Below are positions 39,282-49,164 of a DNA stretch of 64,000 bases, one piece after another. This DNA comes from Thermodesulfobacteriota bacterium (GTDB lineage: Bacteria; Desulfobacterota; Binatia; Bin18). Made by a program: the position numbers and the translations under genes. The notes beneath the pieces are model-generated. The model saw only the letters and a list, made by a program, of their open reading frames with translations. It was not told the origin of the DNA and did not search any database. Every line of letters starts with the position of its first letter. Positions within the stretch are counted from its first letter, which is position 1. The stretch covers positions 1,184,001 to 1,248,000 of the forward strand of contig OZ219926.1 in the NCBI GenBank assembly GCA_964291405.2. The letters run 5' to 3'.

Positions 39282-39457
39282 ACCGCACCTCTCTTTCTTC
39301 CCACTCTCTTTCATGAAGAGAACGCCGGATTCAAGAGTTATTGCGAGCTAAAGAGTAATGGTGCTAGGGATCGAGCAGAGGAACGCTCTCACATGCTCAT
39401 CGATCACCCGAGTGGCAATAACGTATTGATCACTTATCTTGGTCTCCATTCTTCACG

Positions 39458-40468
39458 ATGAATCGCTTCGGCATCTCTATGGGCATCAGTCCCCGCGAGC
39501 CGCTCGTCAAGGTCGGGGAGGTAGCCAAAGCAATTGAGGCGAGGGGGTTTGAGACCTTGTGGTTCATTGATTTTCAGCTCGGTCTGAAGGATGTCTATAC
39601 GGGCATGTCTCTTGCCGCTTTGGCTACCGAAAGGATCGCCATCGGTCCGGCGGTGACGAATGTGATCACCCGGCACCCAACGGTCACTGCCAACGCGATA
39701 ACCGCGCTGGACGAGCTTTCAGAGGAGCGCGCCCTGTTGGGGCTGGGCGTGGGTTGGTCGGCCGTGCAGGGGGCTGGCTATAAACCGTCTGCTGTGAACG
39801 AGGTCCGCGCCGGGATAAGTGCGTTCCGCCAGATGTTTACCGGCGAGGAGGTCGCCCTGTACGGTACGCGCGTTCAACTCGCGACTGCTCGCCGTCAGAT
39901 CCCGATCTACCTTGCAGCGGCCCAACCGCGCATGCTCCGCTTGTGCGGTGAAACCTGCGACGGGCTCATCCTCATGGGGGCCGCCGAGCCGGCCTTTTGC
40001 AACTGGCAGCTCAACTCTCTGTATGAAGGTTTGGAGAAGGCGGGCCGAAAGCGGAGCGAGCTCACCATCGACCTGTTTGTGACGATGAGTATCAACGAGA
40101 ACGAAAACCTGGCTCTCAATGATGTCCGCGCCTGGGCCACCAGTCAGGCGGCAACCTTCTCTACCTGGAAACACCTTCCCCCGACCTGGGAGCGTTTTCG
40201 GCCGGAGTTCGAGCGCGCGGCGCAGCACTACCAGTTGGTTGAGCACTTGTCCTTACGAGCCGGTCACAAAGAAATCGTGAGTGATGAGTTTGTGCAGTCC
40301 GTCGCTATTGCGGGTAATAGGCGCACGTGTATCGATCGACTGCACGAGTTGGCCCGGCTTGATATTGACCGGATTACGTTTGCTCTCCTGTCTGGGGGAC
40401 GGATACGCCGCTTAGACGAGTTGGCAAACCATGTGATGCCCGCCCTTGCCGGGGTCGAGCCGAGCTAG
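39458..40468 (+). CDS. LLM-class oxidoreductase (Mer-like)
   Basis: GPAVTNVITRHP, LDELS, LGLGVG, IPIYLAA. Confidence 0.88.
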   Translation: MNRFGISMGISPREPLVKVGEVAKAIEARGFETLWFIDFQLGLKDVYTGMSLAALATERIAIGPAVTNVITRHPTVTANAITALDELSEERALLGLGVGWSAVQGAGYKPSAVNEVRAGISAFRQMFTGEEVALYGTRVQLATARRQIPIYLAAAQPRMLRLCGETCDGLILMGAAEPAFCNWQLNSLYEGLEKAGRKRSELTIDLFVTMSINENENLALNDVRAWATSQAATFSTWKHLPPTWERFRPEFERAAQHYQLVEHLSLRAGHKEIVSDEFVQSVAIAGNRRTCIDRLHELARLDIDRITFALLSGGRIRRLDELANHVMPALAGVEPS

Positions 40469-40471
40469 GCG

Positions 40472-40810
40472 TCAGGTCAGAGGTATAAAATCGTATTCGC
40501 CGGCCTGCAAAACCAGGAACACGACTGACTCCTCCCCAGCGTTCGTCACAAGGTGAGGACGGCGTGGCCCCACTGCGTATGTCTCACCGGGTGCCAGGTA
40601 GATGTTTTCTTTGGGGTCTTGCATAAAGATACGCAGGCGGCCGTGGAGAACGTAGAAGGTATCCTGGACCTCGGTATGGAAGTGCCAGGGGACTTTCTGG
40701 CTTGGGCTGAGTTGCAGTTCGGCGATCTGAAATCCCGGTCGCTCGGCGTGGTAGACCAGACGCTCGACGTCCAATAGAGAACTCGGATTCTTGATCGGTT
40801 CCGTTTTCAT
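40472..40810 (-). CDS. cupin domain protein
   Basis: PWHFHTEVQDTFYVLHG...PH. Confidence 0.85.
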   Translation of the reverse strand: MKTEPIKNPSSLLDVERLVYHAERPGFQIAELQLSPSQKVPWHFHTEVQDTFYVLHGRLRIFMQDPKENIYLAPGETYAVGPRRPHLVTNAGEESVVFLVLQAGEYDFIPLT

Positions 40811-41024
40811 TGGCGTGTTCCTCGTTGACTCGATCTCATGCGTAGATAAACCATGAGAGGCGAGTAAGGCAACGCTGGCCACGACTTCGCCGGAGAGAGA
40901 CACGTAGACAATTTTATCTTGTTTCTTGTCGGGGCTGGTGCTAGGCCGGCACTAGAGGGCCTGGAGAGAATCTGTCCGTTTGCTTTGTAGAGCGTTCGTC
41001 TCACAATCTAAGGGAGGGCTGGCC

Positions 41025-42152
41025 ATGTCGCGTATTATTGATGCGGATGCACATTTTGCCGAGCCGCTGGATTTATGGCTCCGGTACATCGAACCGAAGT
41101 ATCGTGACCGTGCGTATCACGTCATGCTGGGGAAGGAAGCGGGGCGGGGGCAGGTGGTTGTCGAGGGAAAAGTTTCTGCGTTGTTTCCACCGGAGTGGTT
41201 TCGTGATGTCGTTCCGCTCACCATGGCCTTCGGGCAAACCGAACGCATCCTGGATCCCGACTTTACGTACTATGATGGAATTCCGGCGGCGTACGATGCG
41301 GGGGAGCGAATCAAGTGGATGGATGCCGAAGGTATTGACATGCAGTTCATCTATCCGACCTGGGGACTGCTGTGGGAAGGGGACATCGAAGACCCGGAGC
41401 TGGCTGCCGCACACTGCCGGGCCTACAACACCTGGCTGTGGGAGACGTGTTCTCCCTACATCGATCGCTTTGTCCCCATTGCTCACATCTCATTACGAGA
41501 TGTGGACTCAGCGGTAGAAGAGTTGCGGCGTGTCGCCAAGCTGGGAATGAAAGGCGTGTTCATCGGTTCCCGCCCACACCAAGGACGCAGTTTTGGGCAC
41601 CCCATCTATGATCCTTTCTGGACTGAACTCCAGGAGCTCGACCTGCCGGTAGGAATCCATATCGTGGTTTTTAAGGATTATATGGGTAGTGACTGGTATC
41701 GCGACGGGGCAACCTCCGAAGTCATGTATTTTTCCTATATGAGTCGGATGGATACCCGCTTGGCATTCAACAGTCTGCTCTACGATGGTGTATTGGAGCG
41801 ATTCCCACAACTCAAAGTCGTGCTCGTCGAGTCGCAGAGTGGCTGGCTGGTGGAGTGGTTGGACGGGATTGATCACCGCTATCAATATCTCGGACGGCTG
41901 TCTGGAATGAAACGGACGGCGAACGAATATTTTCAACGCCAGGTTTGGGTGTCCGTGGATCCGGAAGAACGGACACTGGCTGCCACAACGGAAATCTTGG
42001 GAGCAGATAAATTCTTTTGGGGGTCAGATATCCCGCATGCAGAGGGGTATACGCACCCGGTGGAGGAAGCCAGGAAGCATCTCGGTTCTCTACCCGAAAG
42101 CGCTCAGAGAAAGATTTTGGCAGACAACGTCGCCAAACTGTACGGGCTATGA
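41025..42152 (+). CDS. amidohydrolase_2 family protein
   Basis: IDADAH, IYPT, GVLERFP, GSDIPHAEG. Confidence 0.92.
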   Translation: MSRIIDADAHFAEPLDLWLRYIEPKYRDRAYHVMLGKEAGRGQVVVEGKVSALFPPEWFRDVVPLTMAFGQTERILDPDFTYYDGIPAAYDAGERIKWMDAEGIDMQFIYPTWGLLWEGDIEDPELAAAHCRAYNTWLWETCSPYIDRFVPIAHISLRDVDSAVEELRRVAKLGMKGVFIGSRPHQGRSFGHPIYDPFWTELQELDLPVGIHIVVFKDYMGSDWYRDGATSEVMYFSYMSRMDTRLAFNSLLYDGVLERFPQLKVVLVESQSGWLVEWLDGIDHRYQYLGRLSGMKRTANEYFQRQVWVSVDPEERTLAATTEILGADKFFWGSDIPHAEGYTHPVEEARKHLGSLPESAQRKILADNVAKLYGL

Positions 42153-42210
42153 GAAAAATGGCGTCGCGGGCACACAGCTCTTAAGTAGAGCAAAAGAAGG
42201 AGGGGTACGC

Positions 42211-42660
42211 ATGAAAAAAGAAGCGATCAATCCCGACAATGTCTGGAAGCCGGAAGACTACTTCAATATCTACCACTCTCCCGGTTTACCCACGGTCCCG
42301 CCCGAAAAATCGGGCTGGGAACAAGCCGTCAAAAAGGGCAACTGGCTGTTTATCTCGGGCCAGACGCCGACCACGCCCGACGGAAAAACGGTTGCCACCG
42401 ATATGCATGCTCAGCTCCGACAGGCGTTGCAAAACACCCGGAATATTGTCGAGACCGTGGGCGGCACGATGGATGACATTGTCTCGATCCGCTACTACTT
42501 CAAGGCCGGGTATATGGAAGAGGGGCTGGCCGCGCTGCGGGATTTGGGCGGTGAATATTTTCAGAGCCCCTACCCCTCCACGACCTGCGTCGAAGTCGTG
42601 CGGGTGGCCTGGGCCGACCATCATTTGGAGATTGAGGCCATCGCCATGCTCGATGCGTGA
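42211..42660 (+). CDS. RidA/YjgF family protein (lacks the canonical catalytic Arg)
   Basis: LFISGQ, GGTMDDIV, PSTT where PAR is expected, EIEAIA. Confidence 0.85.
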   Translation: MKKEAINPDNVWKPEDYFNIYHSPGLPTVPPEKSGWEQAVKKGNWLFISGQTPTTPDGKTVATDMHAQLRQALQNTRNIVETVGGTMDDIVSIRYYFKAGYMEEGLAALRDLGGEYFQSPYPSTTCVEVVRVAWADHHLEIEAIAMLDA

Positions 42661-42679
42661 CGCGAGTTCCCTCCACGTC

Positions 42680-43477
42680 TCAGTCGGTAAAGGTCGCCTC
42701 GACACGTCCGAGCGGACCAAAGTCGCCGAGCACCCGGACACCCGGAGCGATACCAGTCGGCTGGATGCACGTGCCCGTCGTCACGATCTGTCCGGCCTTG
42801 AGACCGTCCGCCCGGACCGTGAGTTCATTGGCCAGCCAGGTGAGGGCAATACGCGGGTCACCGAGCACGTTGGCACCGCGTCCCTCGCCAGCCCGAGCCC
42901 CGTTCAGGCTGAGCCAGACGGGATGGGCGGCAAGGTCGAGCGTTCTCCAGTCAGACGCGGCCGCGCTTCCCCAGACGAACAGCCCGGCGCAGGCACTGTC
43001 CGCGATGAGCTGGGCGGGACCGGCGGTGCTGAAATCCAGGAATCGCGAGTCGGGGACCTCAATGGCCGGATGGAGGCTCGCCACACTGGCCAGGACCTCG
43101 TCCATCGAGTACTCATGACCGCGCGGTGGCAGGTCGCGCGCCAGACGGAAGGCGAACTCCAGCTCCACCACACGCATCCCATTCGCACCGAGCGAGAGCG
43201 TTGCCGGGCTGCGGCTGATCTTCCCTGCCAGGAGCCGTCCCGCCAGCGGCCCGTCCACCCCAATATGCGCCTGTCCGGCCTGACTGGTAGCGGCAATCTT
43301 CCAGCCCGAAACGGGCTGCCCCGAATTGCTGGCCAGCCTGGCCTGAACCGCATACCCATCCTCAATGGTCAGCGGCCGACACGCATCGGGTAATTGTTCG
43401 AGCTTTCGGCCATCCTGCCAGGCGTTCCAGAGTAGCTGGGCAGCCTCTTGTATTTGTGCCTGGTCCATACGTTTCAT
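42680..43477 (-). CDS. 2-keto-4-pentenoate hydratase / FAH family
   Basis: GWKIAATS, ELEFAF, IEVPDSR, IVTTGT. Confidence 0.9.
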   Translation of the reverse strand: MKRMDQAQIQEAAQLLWNAWQDGRKLEQLPDACRPLTIEDGYAVQARLASNSGQPVSGWKIAATSQAGQAHIGVDGPLAGRLLAGKISRSPATLSLGANGMRVVELEFAFRLARDLPPRGHEYSMDEVLASVASLHPAIEVPDSRFLDFSTAGPAQLIADSACAGLFVWGSAAASDWRTLDLAAHPVWLSLNGARAGEGRGANVLGDPRIALTWLANELTVRADGLKAGQIVTTGTCIQPTGIAPGVRVLGDFGPLGRVEATFTD

Positions 43478-43524
43478 CCATACTCAATACGGAACGGTCC
43501 TCAGATTGTGCCGGGGTGATATCC

Positions 43525-43998
43525 CTATTGCGCAGCTTTTACTTGCCACTCCTTCGTAATCCGTTCCTCTTCTCCGCCAGGCGTCCAAATCACCAACGCG
43601 TGCACCGGGTCCTTGGACTTTACCGTGTGCCGCGTCGTCGTGTTGGCCGGTACCAGACAAGCCATACCGGCGCTGAGCGTCTGTACCTTTCCCTCACTCG
43701 TTTGTTCCATCTCTCCGGACAGAATATAAAAAGTTTCGGTTGACTGATGGATGTGGTTGGGTACATCCACCCCAGGCGGCACGACCAAGTACCCGAGCGT
43801 GAGCTCGGTCGTTCCCCCGAGGTGTTGATCAATCAAGATGGTCACTTCGGTCTTTGTGACCGGGTCGACGTATGTCGTTGCCTGTTCGGGGCGGACGAAC
43901 CGTGACACCTCCTCGGCCAGGGCTGTTGGTACAATGGATACGAGCCCCGCCAGTATCACAGCAAGACTCGTCCAACGTGAGGGACACAGGGTAGGCAT
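43525..43998 (-). CDS. secreted cupin domain protein
   Basis: Hydrophobic leader ending ALA; PNHIHQSTETFYILSG. Confidence 0.8.
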   Translation of the reverse strand: MPTLCPSRWTSLAVILAGLVSIVPTALAEEVSRFVRPEQATTYVDPVTKTEVTILIDQHLGGTTELTLGYLVVPPGVDVPNHIHQSTETFYILSGEMEQTSEGKVQTLSAGMACLVPANTTTRHTVKSKDPVHALVIWTPGGEEERITKEWQVKAAQ

Positions 43999-44126
43999 CG
44001 TTGAAATCTCCTTTTGACATTCGCTCCCGTTTGGCAGGATAATACTGACCAGTCAGCACCGGAACGCTCCAGGTCAGCTTAGGACGATCACCCAGGCAAC
44101 GGCAAGAGCCGTGTAGCACAGGAGGG

Positions 44127-45233
44127 ATGCTTATGGCCGGTAAAGACAGCAGCGATCGCAGCCTGCGTATCGCCTCGATGACAACCATGCTGGATTATCA
44201 CTGGATGTTTCTACGCACCCTCTCGTCTGCGGTCCGGGAGTATTTGGGCGAGGCCGGCCTGGCGGCGCTTGAGCGTGGCTTCCGGCGGGCGGGGTATTAT
44301 CGCGGCCAACGCATTCGTGACCGCCCGGAGACCTTTGCCGAAGGGCGTGACGCCCTGGCGCTGATCCGTCACTGGGATATGGGCGAGCACGCCATGGCCG
44401 CAGAGACGGGTCCGTTCGAGGTCAGCGGCTCAGCCGCCCAGGCGACCCTGACCTTTCCCCACGTCCCGGGCGCGGATTACTTCAGCACCCATCCAGGGGG
44501 CGAGATACTCGAACCCTATTGGCGTAACACCCTGGCGGGGATTGCTGAAGGCTATGATGCGTCAGCCGGGGTCGAGTGTTCTGCCGTGACAGTGGACCTG
44601 AACACGCCCTGGCGGCTCACCTGGACCTACCGAGGTGAATCCGAAGAGGTCACGGCCGGGCCACCCGAGGATGTTTTTGCCCAGCCGGCCAGGGCCATCC
44701 AGCTCACCCGCAGTACCTTCGCCGTGTTTGCCGTCATGCAGATGTATGTCGGCTTCGAGCTGATTGATCGGTTTGACGCCTCGGGCGAGCGGGCGCTGCG
44801 TGAGGCCCTGTATCAGTTCGGGGTCGAGCGCGGCCAAGGCATGCGCGAACAGGCGCTGAGCCAGGGGCGACCGCTGGACTTTCAGTCCTGGTTCGAGGTG
44901 CTCCAGGAACGCGACCCGGCCGAATCGGTTTTCGTTTTTCGCGGCGATACCCGTATCTCCCCCGGCGTCATGCAGGCCGAGTGTACCTATTGCCCGCTGG
45001 CCGAGGTCTGGTCGGAAGAAGGCGAGCGGGGGCTGAAGCTGGGCTATATGTACGATGTCGAGGTCCACCGGGGTCTGGTGGAATCCTATCATCCGGGTGG
45101 GCGGATTGGCTGGAATACGGTCAAGACCCGTGGGGATCGGACGTGCAAATTCCATTTCTCAATCCCGGACCTGGTGACGGCCGATGATCCCGATTGGGCC
45201 CAGCCCCGCCGAACAAAACCGGGCCAGGCTTAA
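44127..45233 (+). CDS. tandem ATC-hydrolase-like (L-2-amino-thiazoline-4-carboxylate hydrolase/V4R-like) domains
   Basis: Two similar halves (G..ALERG....G..RG and GERALREA...FG.ERG); CTYCPLAEVW and terminal CKF only in domain 2. Confidence 0.65.
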   Translation: MLMAGKDSSDRSLRIASMTTMLDYHWMFLRTLSSAVREYLGEAGLAALERGFRRAGYYRGQRIRDRPETFAEGRDALALIRHWDMGEHAMAAETGPFEVSGSAAQATLTFPHVPGADYFSTHPGGEILEPYWRNTLAGIAEGYDASAGVECSAVTVDLNTPWRLTWTYRGESEEVTAGPPEDVFAQPARAIQLTRSTFAVFAVMQMYVGFELIDRFDASGERALREALYQFGVERGQGMREQALSQGRPLDFQSWFEVLQERDPAESVFVFRGDTRISPGVMQAECTYCPLAEVWSEEGERGLKLGYMYDVEVHRGLVESYHPGGRIGWNTVKTRGDRTCKFHFSIPDLVTADDPDWAQPRRTKPGQA

Positions 45234-45281
45234 CCAAAAAGCTGAACGACGTGGTTCATGACCGCGTAGAGGAGGCGCATC

Positions 45282-46220
45282 ATGCTCGATATGCTCGACA
45301 ACCCTGTTCCGTGGCCCGACGGCGCGCGCTGCGCAGCATCCATCACGTTCGACATGGATACGGACAGCGCCCTGCACCTGTCGCATGCCGACGCCTACAA
45401 ACGAGTGGCCGCCCTGTCGTGGTTACGCTACGACGAGGTCGCGGTGCCGCGGATCGTGAAGCTGTTTAACCACTATAATATCAAGGGCACCTTTTTCGTA
45501 CCGGGCTGGTGCGTTGAACGCTATCCGGCCACGGTCGAGCCGATTGTCGCCAGCGGCCACGAACTGGCCTATCACGGCTATCTGCACGAGAACCCCATGG
45601 ACCAGACCCGCGAGGGCGAGCGCTACTGGCTGGAGCGCAGCATTGAGGCGATCGAACGATGCAGCGGCAAACGACCGGCAGGCGGCCGGGCGCCGTATTA
45701 CAACTACTCGCCTCACTCCACCGGGCTGCTGGCCCAGGCCGGCTTTGTGTACGATTCGAGCCTCATGGCTGACAGCCAGCCCTACGTCATGCGCGCGCCC
45801 GAGGGCGAGGTCATCGAATTGCCGACCGACTGGGCCATGGACGACTGGCCGCAATATGCGCACAGTCCGGACTTTCGGTATCTGATGCCCACCCGCGCGC
45901 CGGACAAAGCCATGGAAATTTTCATGGCGGAGTTCGAGGCGGCTTATGAATTCGGCGGCCTGTGGGTCACGGTCTGGCATCCGTTTGTGACCGGGCGGCT
46001 GGCCCGCCTCGCCGAAGTGGCCAAGATGATAGAGGCGATACAAAACCGGGGCGACGTATGGTTTGCCACCATGGAGGACATCGCCCTGCACGTGCGGCGC
46101 TGTATCGCCGACGGGAGCTATACACCCCGCATTGTGTCCATGCCCTATTATGAGGAACCAATCCCGGAATTGACCGAGGGATTTCCCGCGGGCCTGGAGC
46201 TCAGAAAGCCGAGCGGTTAG
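45282..46220 (+). CDS. polysaccharide deacetylase family (HpPgdA-like)
   Basis: ITFDMD, TFFVPG, HELAYHGYLHE, DDWPQY, WHPF. Confidence 0.9.
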   Translation: MLDMLDNPVPWPDGARCAASITFDMDTDSALHLSHADAYKRVAALSWLRYDEVAVPRIVKLFNHYNIKGTFFVPGWCVERYPATVEPIVASGHELAYHGYLHENPMDQTREGERYWLERSIEAIERCSGKRPAGGRAPYYNYSPHSTGLLAQAGFVYDSSLMADSQPYVMRAPEGEVIELPTDWAMDDWPQYAHSPDFRYLMPTRAPDKAMEIFMAEFEAAYEFGGLWVTVWHPFVTGRLARLAEVAKMIEAIQNRGDVWFATMEDIALHVRRCIADGSYTPRIVSMPYYEEPIPELTEGFPAGLELRKPSG

Positions 46221-47626
46221 GTCGGACGCCGTGTATGCCAGGTCGTGCTCTGCTCGTAGGCATACGCCAGGCGCAGGACCGTCGCTTCCTCAAATGGCCG
46301 TCCGACAATTTGGAGCCCGACCGGCAGACCGTCTTGTGTAAACCCGCACGGCACTGAAATGGCGGGCAGGCCGGTCATATTGAACGGTCGAGTTGCCCGA
46401 GCGATATGGGCGGCAACGGGGAATTCCTTGTCGCCTATGGTGACGGTCGGCTGGTCTATCCTGCTAGCCGCCAGGACGGTTGTCGGCGTCACCAACGCGT
46501 TGACCTGGCCGAGCAGGTCAAGCATCTCCTGGCGTAACAGCGACCGGAAGCGTTGGGCCTTGAGATATTGCGCGGCCTGCACGCAAGCGCCGAGCAACAG
46601 CCGGGTGCGCACGTCAGCGCCATAGTCCTGGCTGCGAGTTTGCGCAGTCCGGGCATGAATCTCGTACGCCTCCGCCGCAATGATAGCGGTCGAGCTGGCA
46701 ATCACATGCTGAATGCTGGGGATGGAGACGGCTTCGACTGTCGCCCCCAAGTCAGACAGATGCTGTATGGCGGCCTGCACGCTCTCCCGGACTGCCGGCT
46801 CAATATCGTCAAAAAAATACTCCTGCGGCACACCGAGACGGAGCCCTCGGATGTCCTCCTTCAGGGCCGCCGTATAATCCGGCACCGCCGCCGTGCTGGC
46901 GGTCGGGTCGTTGGGGTCGGGGCCGGCGATGGCGTGCAGAAGTATGGCAGCATCGGCAACCGTTCTGACCATAGGGCCGACATGATCGCACGAATGGCTC
47001 AGCGGATAGACCCCGAACCGACTCACCCGCCCATACGTCGGTTTGAGACCCACGATGCCGCTGAGCGAGGCCGGGATACGGACCGAACCACCCGTATCTG
47101 TCCCGAGCGTCCCCATGGCCAGTCCGGCCGCCATGGCCACCGCCGAGCCGCCGCTCGATCCACCGGGAAGACGCGTGTGGTCCCACGGGTTGCGGGGGGT
47201 GCCGTAGTGCGGGTTGAGCGAGGTCCCGCCCCAGGCGAACTCGTGCATATTGAGTTTCCCCAGCAGAACCGTGCCGGCCTGCCTGAGTCGGGTAACAACC
47301 GTGGCATCGCTGTCCGCGATATGGTCGGCCATGATTTTTGAGCCGCAGGTCATGCGCACGCCCTTGACCGCAAACAGGTCCTTGAGCGCGATGGGAATGC
47401 CGTGGAGCGGACCTCGATATTGCCCGTGCGTAATTTCCTGTTCCGCGCTACGCGCCGCGGCCAGCGCTCCATCGCCGAGGATAGTAAGATATGCCAGGTA
47501 TTCGTCGTTCAGCCGCTCAATCCGGTCAAGATAAGCCTGGGCTACTTCTACGGGTGAGACTTCTTTCTTTTGGATGAGAGGCGCTAACTCGGCAATGCTC
47601 GTAAAGGCCAACGCTTCAGTCTTCAT
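46217..47626 (-). CDS. amidase signature family
   Basis: PLHGIPIALKD, GGSSGGS, GTDTGGSVR. Confidence 0.94.
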   Translation of the reverse strand: MKTEALAFTSIAELAPLIQKKEVSPVEVAQAYLDRIERLNDEYLAYLTILGDGALAAARSAEQEITHGQYRGPLHGIPIALKDLFAVKGVRMTCGSKIMADHIADSDATVVTRLRQAGTVLLGKLNMHEFAWGGTSLNPHYGTPRNPWDHTRLPGGSSGGSAVAMAAGLAMGTLGTDTGGSVRIPASLSGIVGLKPTYGRVSRFGVYPLSHSCDHVGPMVRTVADAAILLHAIAGPDPNDPTASTAAVPDYTAALKEDIRGLRLGVPQEYFFDDIEPAVRESVQAAIQHLSDLGATVEAVSIPSIQHVIASSTAIIAAEAYEIHARTAQTRSQDYGADVRTRLLLGACVQAAQYLKAQRFRSLLRQEMLDLLGQVNALVTPTTVLAASRIDQPTVTIGDKEFPVAAHIARATRPFNMTGLPAISVPCGFTQDGLPVGLQIVGRPFEEATVLRLAYAYEQSTTWHTRRPT

Positions 47627-47819
47627 GGCGTTCGCCCTCCGACATGACAAAACGTACCGCCGGCTCTATGTGGCTGAGGTTCAGCGCGTCCAGTGCGTCC
47701 AGGCCCGCGGACAATTGCACATACAGCGTGGTCAGCTCTTCCAGAGCATCTTCGCTCAGCGGTTCCGCGAGTTTGTCTCGGAGAAGAGCAGCTACGAGTT
47801 CCCGATCTCTCATGTCCAT
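47616..47819 (-). CDS. small amidase partner protein (GatC/AtzG-like)
   Basis: 67 aa, EPAVRF motif, AGGAGG RBS, overlaps the amidase start. Confidence 0.72.
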   Translation of the reverse strand: MDMRDRELVAALLRDKLAEPLSEDALEELTTLYVQLSAGLDALDALNLSHIEPAVRFVMSEGERHED

Positions 47820-48025
47820 GTTTGCCTCCTTCGGAAGCTGTTCATATACCACGTCTATCACGTACGACGCTTGATCAGACCTTGTCCCTTGACTTCTCAA
47901 GAGCGGCAGCACTAGAAGAGGGGACACGGAGAATTTGCAAAATACCGCCTTCGCCACTCTGCCCGCAAGACAAGTCAGATCCGAGAGGGAGAACTGGGAT
48001 TCTTTCAAAAGGGAGGGCAAAACGT

Positions 48026-49153
48026 ATGGCAACAGCAGCAACGGACTATGCGCCTCTCAGAGTCCCCTTACCCCAAGCGCGTCACCTTCCCGGATATTTC
48101 TATACCTCACCCGAAATCTACGCCTTGGAGAAAGAAAAAATCTTTCGCAAAGAATGGCTGTGTGTGGGTAGAGAGGAGGAGATCGAGCGACCCGGAGACT
48201 ATCTGACGTTTCGGGTTGCCGATGAGCCCCTGCTTGTCTGTCGGGACGAGCATGGCCAGCTCAACGCCTTCTACAACGTGTGTCGCCACCGCGGGACCGA
48301 GGTCGCTTGTGGACGGGGAAATGCCAAGAGTTTCAGTTGTCCCTATCACGCCTGGACCTATAACCTGAAAGGCCGCTTGGTCGGTGCCCCGCATACCAAG
48401 GAGATCGAGAATTTTCAGTTCTCCGATTTCAGCCTCGTGCCGTTACGCATCGACACCTGGGCCGGGTTCGTGTTTGTCAGTTTTGAGTCGCACCCGATCA
48501 GTTTGACCGAGTTTTTAGGTGACTTTCCTGAAGTGTACGCACCCTACCGATTTGAAGAATTACAGGTGGCTGACACGATTGTTTCAGAACTCGATTGCAA
48601 CTGGAAGTTCGCGGTTGAAAACCTGGTCGATACCTATCATGTGGCAGCGCTTCACGGGGAGTCGTTCGGCGCCTATCAACCACTGGACACCTATGAGTTT
48701 CAACTGACCAAGGGCGGCTATCATAGTCAATTTAAGGGCGGGACGATCACACCTGACGGCAAATCGCTCTTCGGACCTTTCCCCTGGCTTCCAAAGGAAT
48801 ATCTCCATGGCGGGTATTCGAGTCACCTGCGACCGAATCTGGCCTTTTTTCCGCGATTCGACTTCCACTCTTTTATTACGTGTTGGCCACTTGAGACCGA
48901 GCGATGTGTGTCCATCACCTATCTGCTGTTCCCAAAACAGCACTTTGAGTTGCCCGACTTTCAAAACCGTTGTCAGGTGTATGTCGATTTCTATAAGGCC
49001 ATTCTGGACGAGGACAAGAGCATGATTCTGTCTCTCCAGAAGGGGATGAAGTCCCGGGCGTTTCAGCCCGGACCGATGTCCAGATTTGAAACAGCCATTC
49101 ACAACGTAGCAAACCATTACCTGGATTGCCTGTACGGCGATGCCGAGCACTAA
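48026..49153 (+). CDS. Rieske oxygenase alpha subunit ('type A')
   Basis: CRHRG...CPYHAW; ENLVDTYHVAALH; paralog of 786-1931. Confidence 0.93.
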   Translation: MATAATDYAPLRVPLPQARHLPGYFYTSPEIYALEKEKIFRKEWLCVGREEEIERPGDYLTFRVADEPLLVCRDEHGQLNAFYNVCRHRGTEVACGRGNAKSFSCPYHAWTYNLKGRLVGAPHTKEIENFQFSDFSLVPLRIDTWAGFVFVSFESHPISLTEFLGDFPEVYAPYRFEELQVADTIVSELDCNWKFAVENLVDTYHVAALHGESFGAYQPLDTYEFQLTKGGYHSQFKGGTITPDGKSLFGPFPWLPKEYLHGGYSSHLRPNLAFFPRFDFHSFITCWPLETERCVSITYLLFPKQHFELPDFQNRCQVYVDFYKAILDEDKSMILSLQKGMKSRAFQPGPMSRFETAIHNVANHYLDCLYGDAEH

Positions 49154-49164
49154 GGAGGTGGGCT

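Noticed and set aside
42239-43393. 384-aa + strand ORF (likewise 56230-57354, 49345-50379, 34300-35298)
   Set aside because: Off-frame or antisense overlaps of well-supported genes
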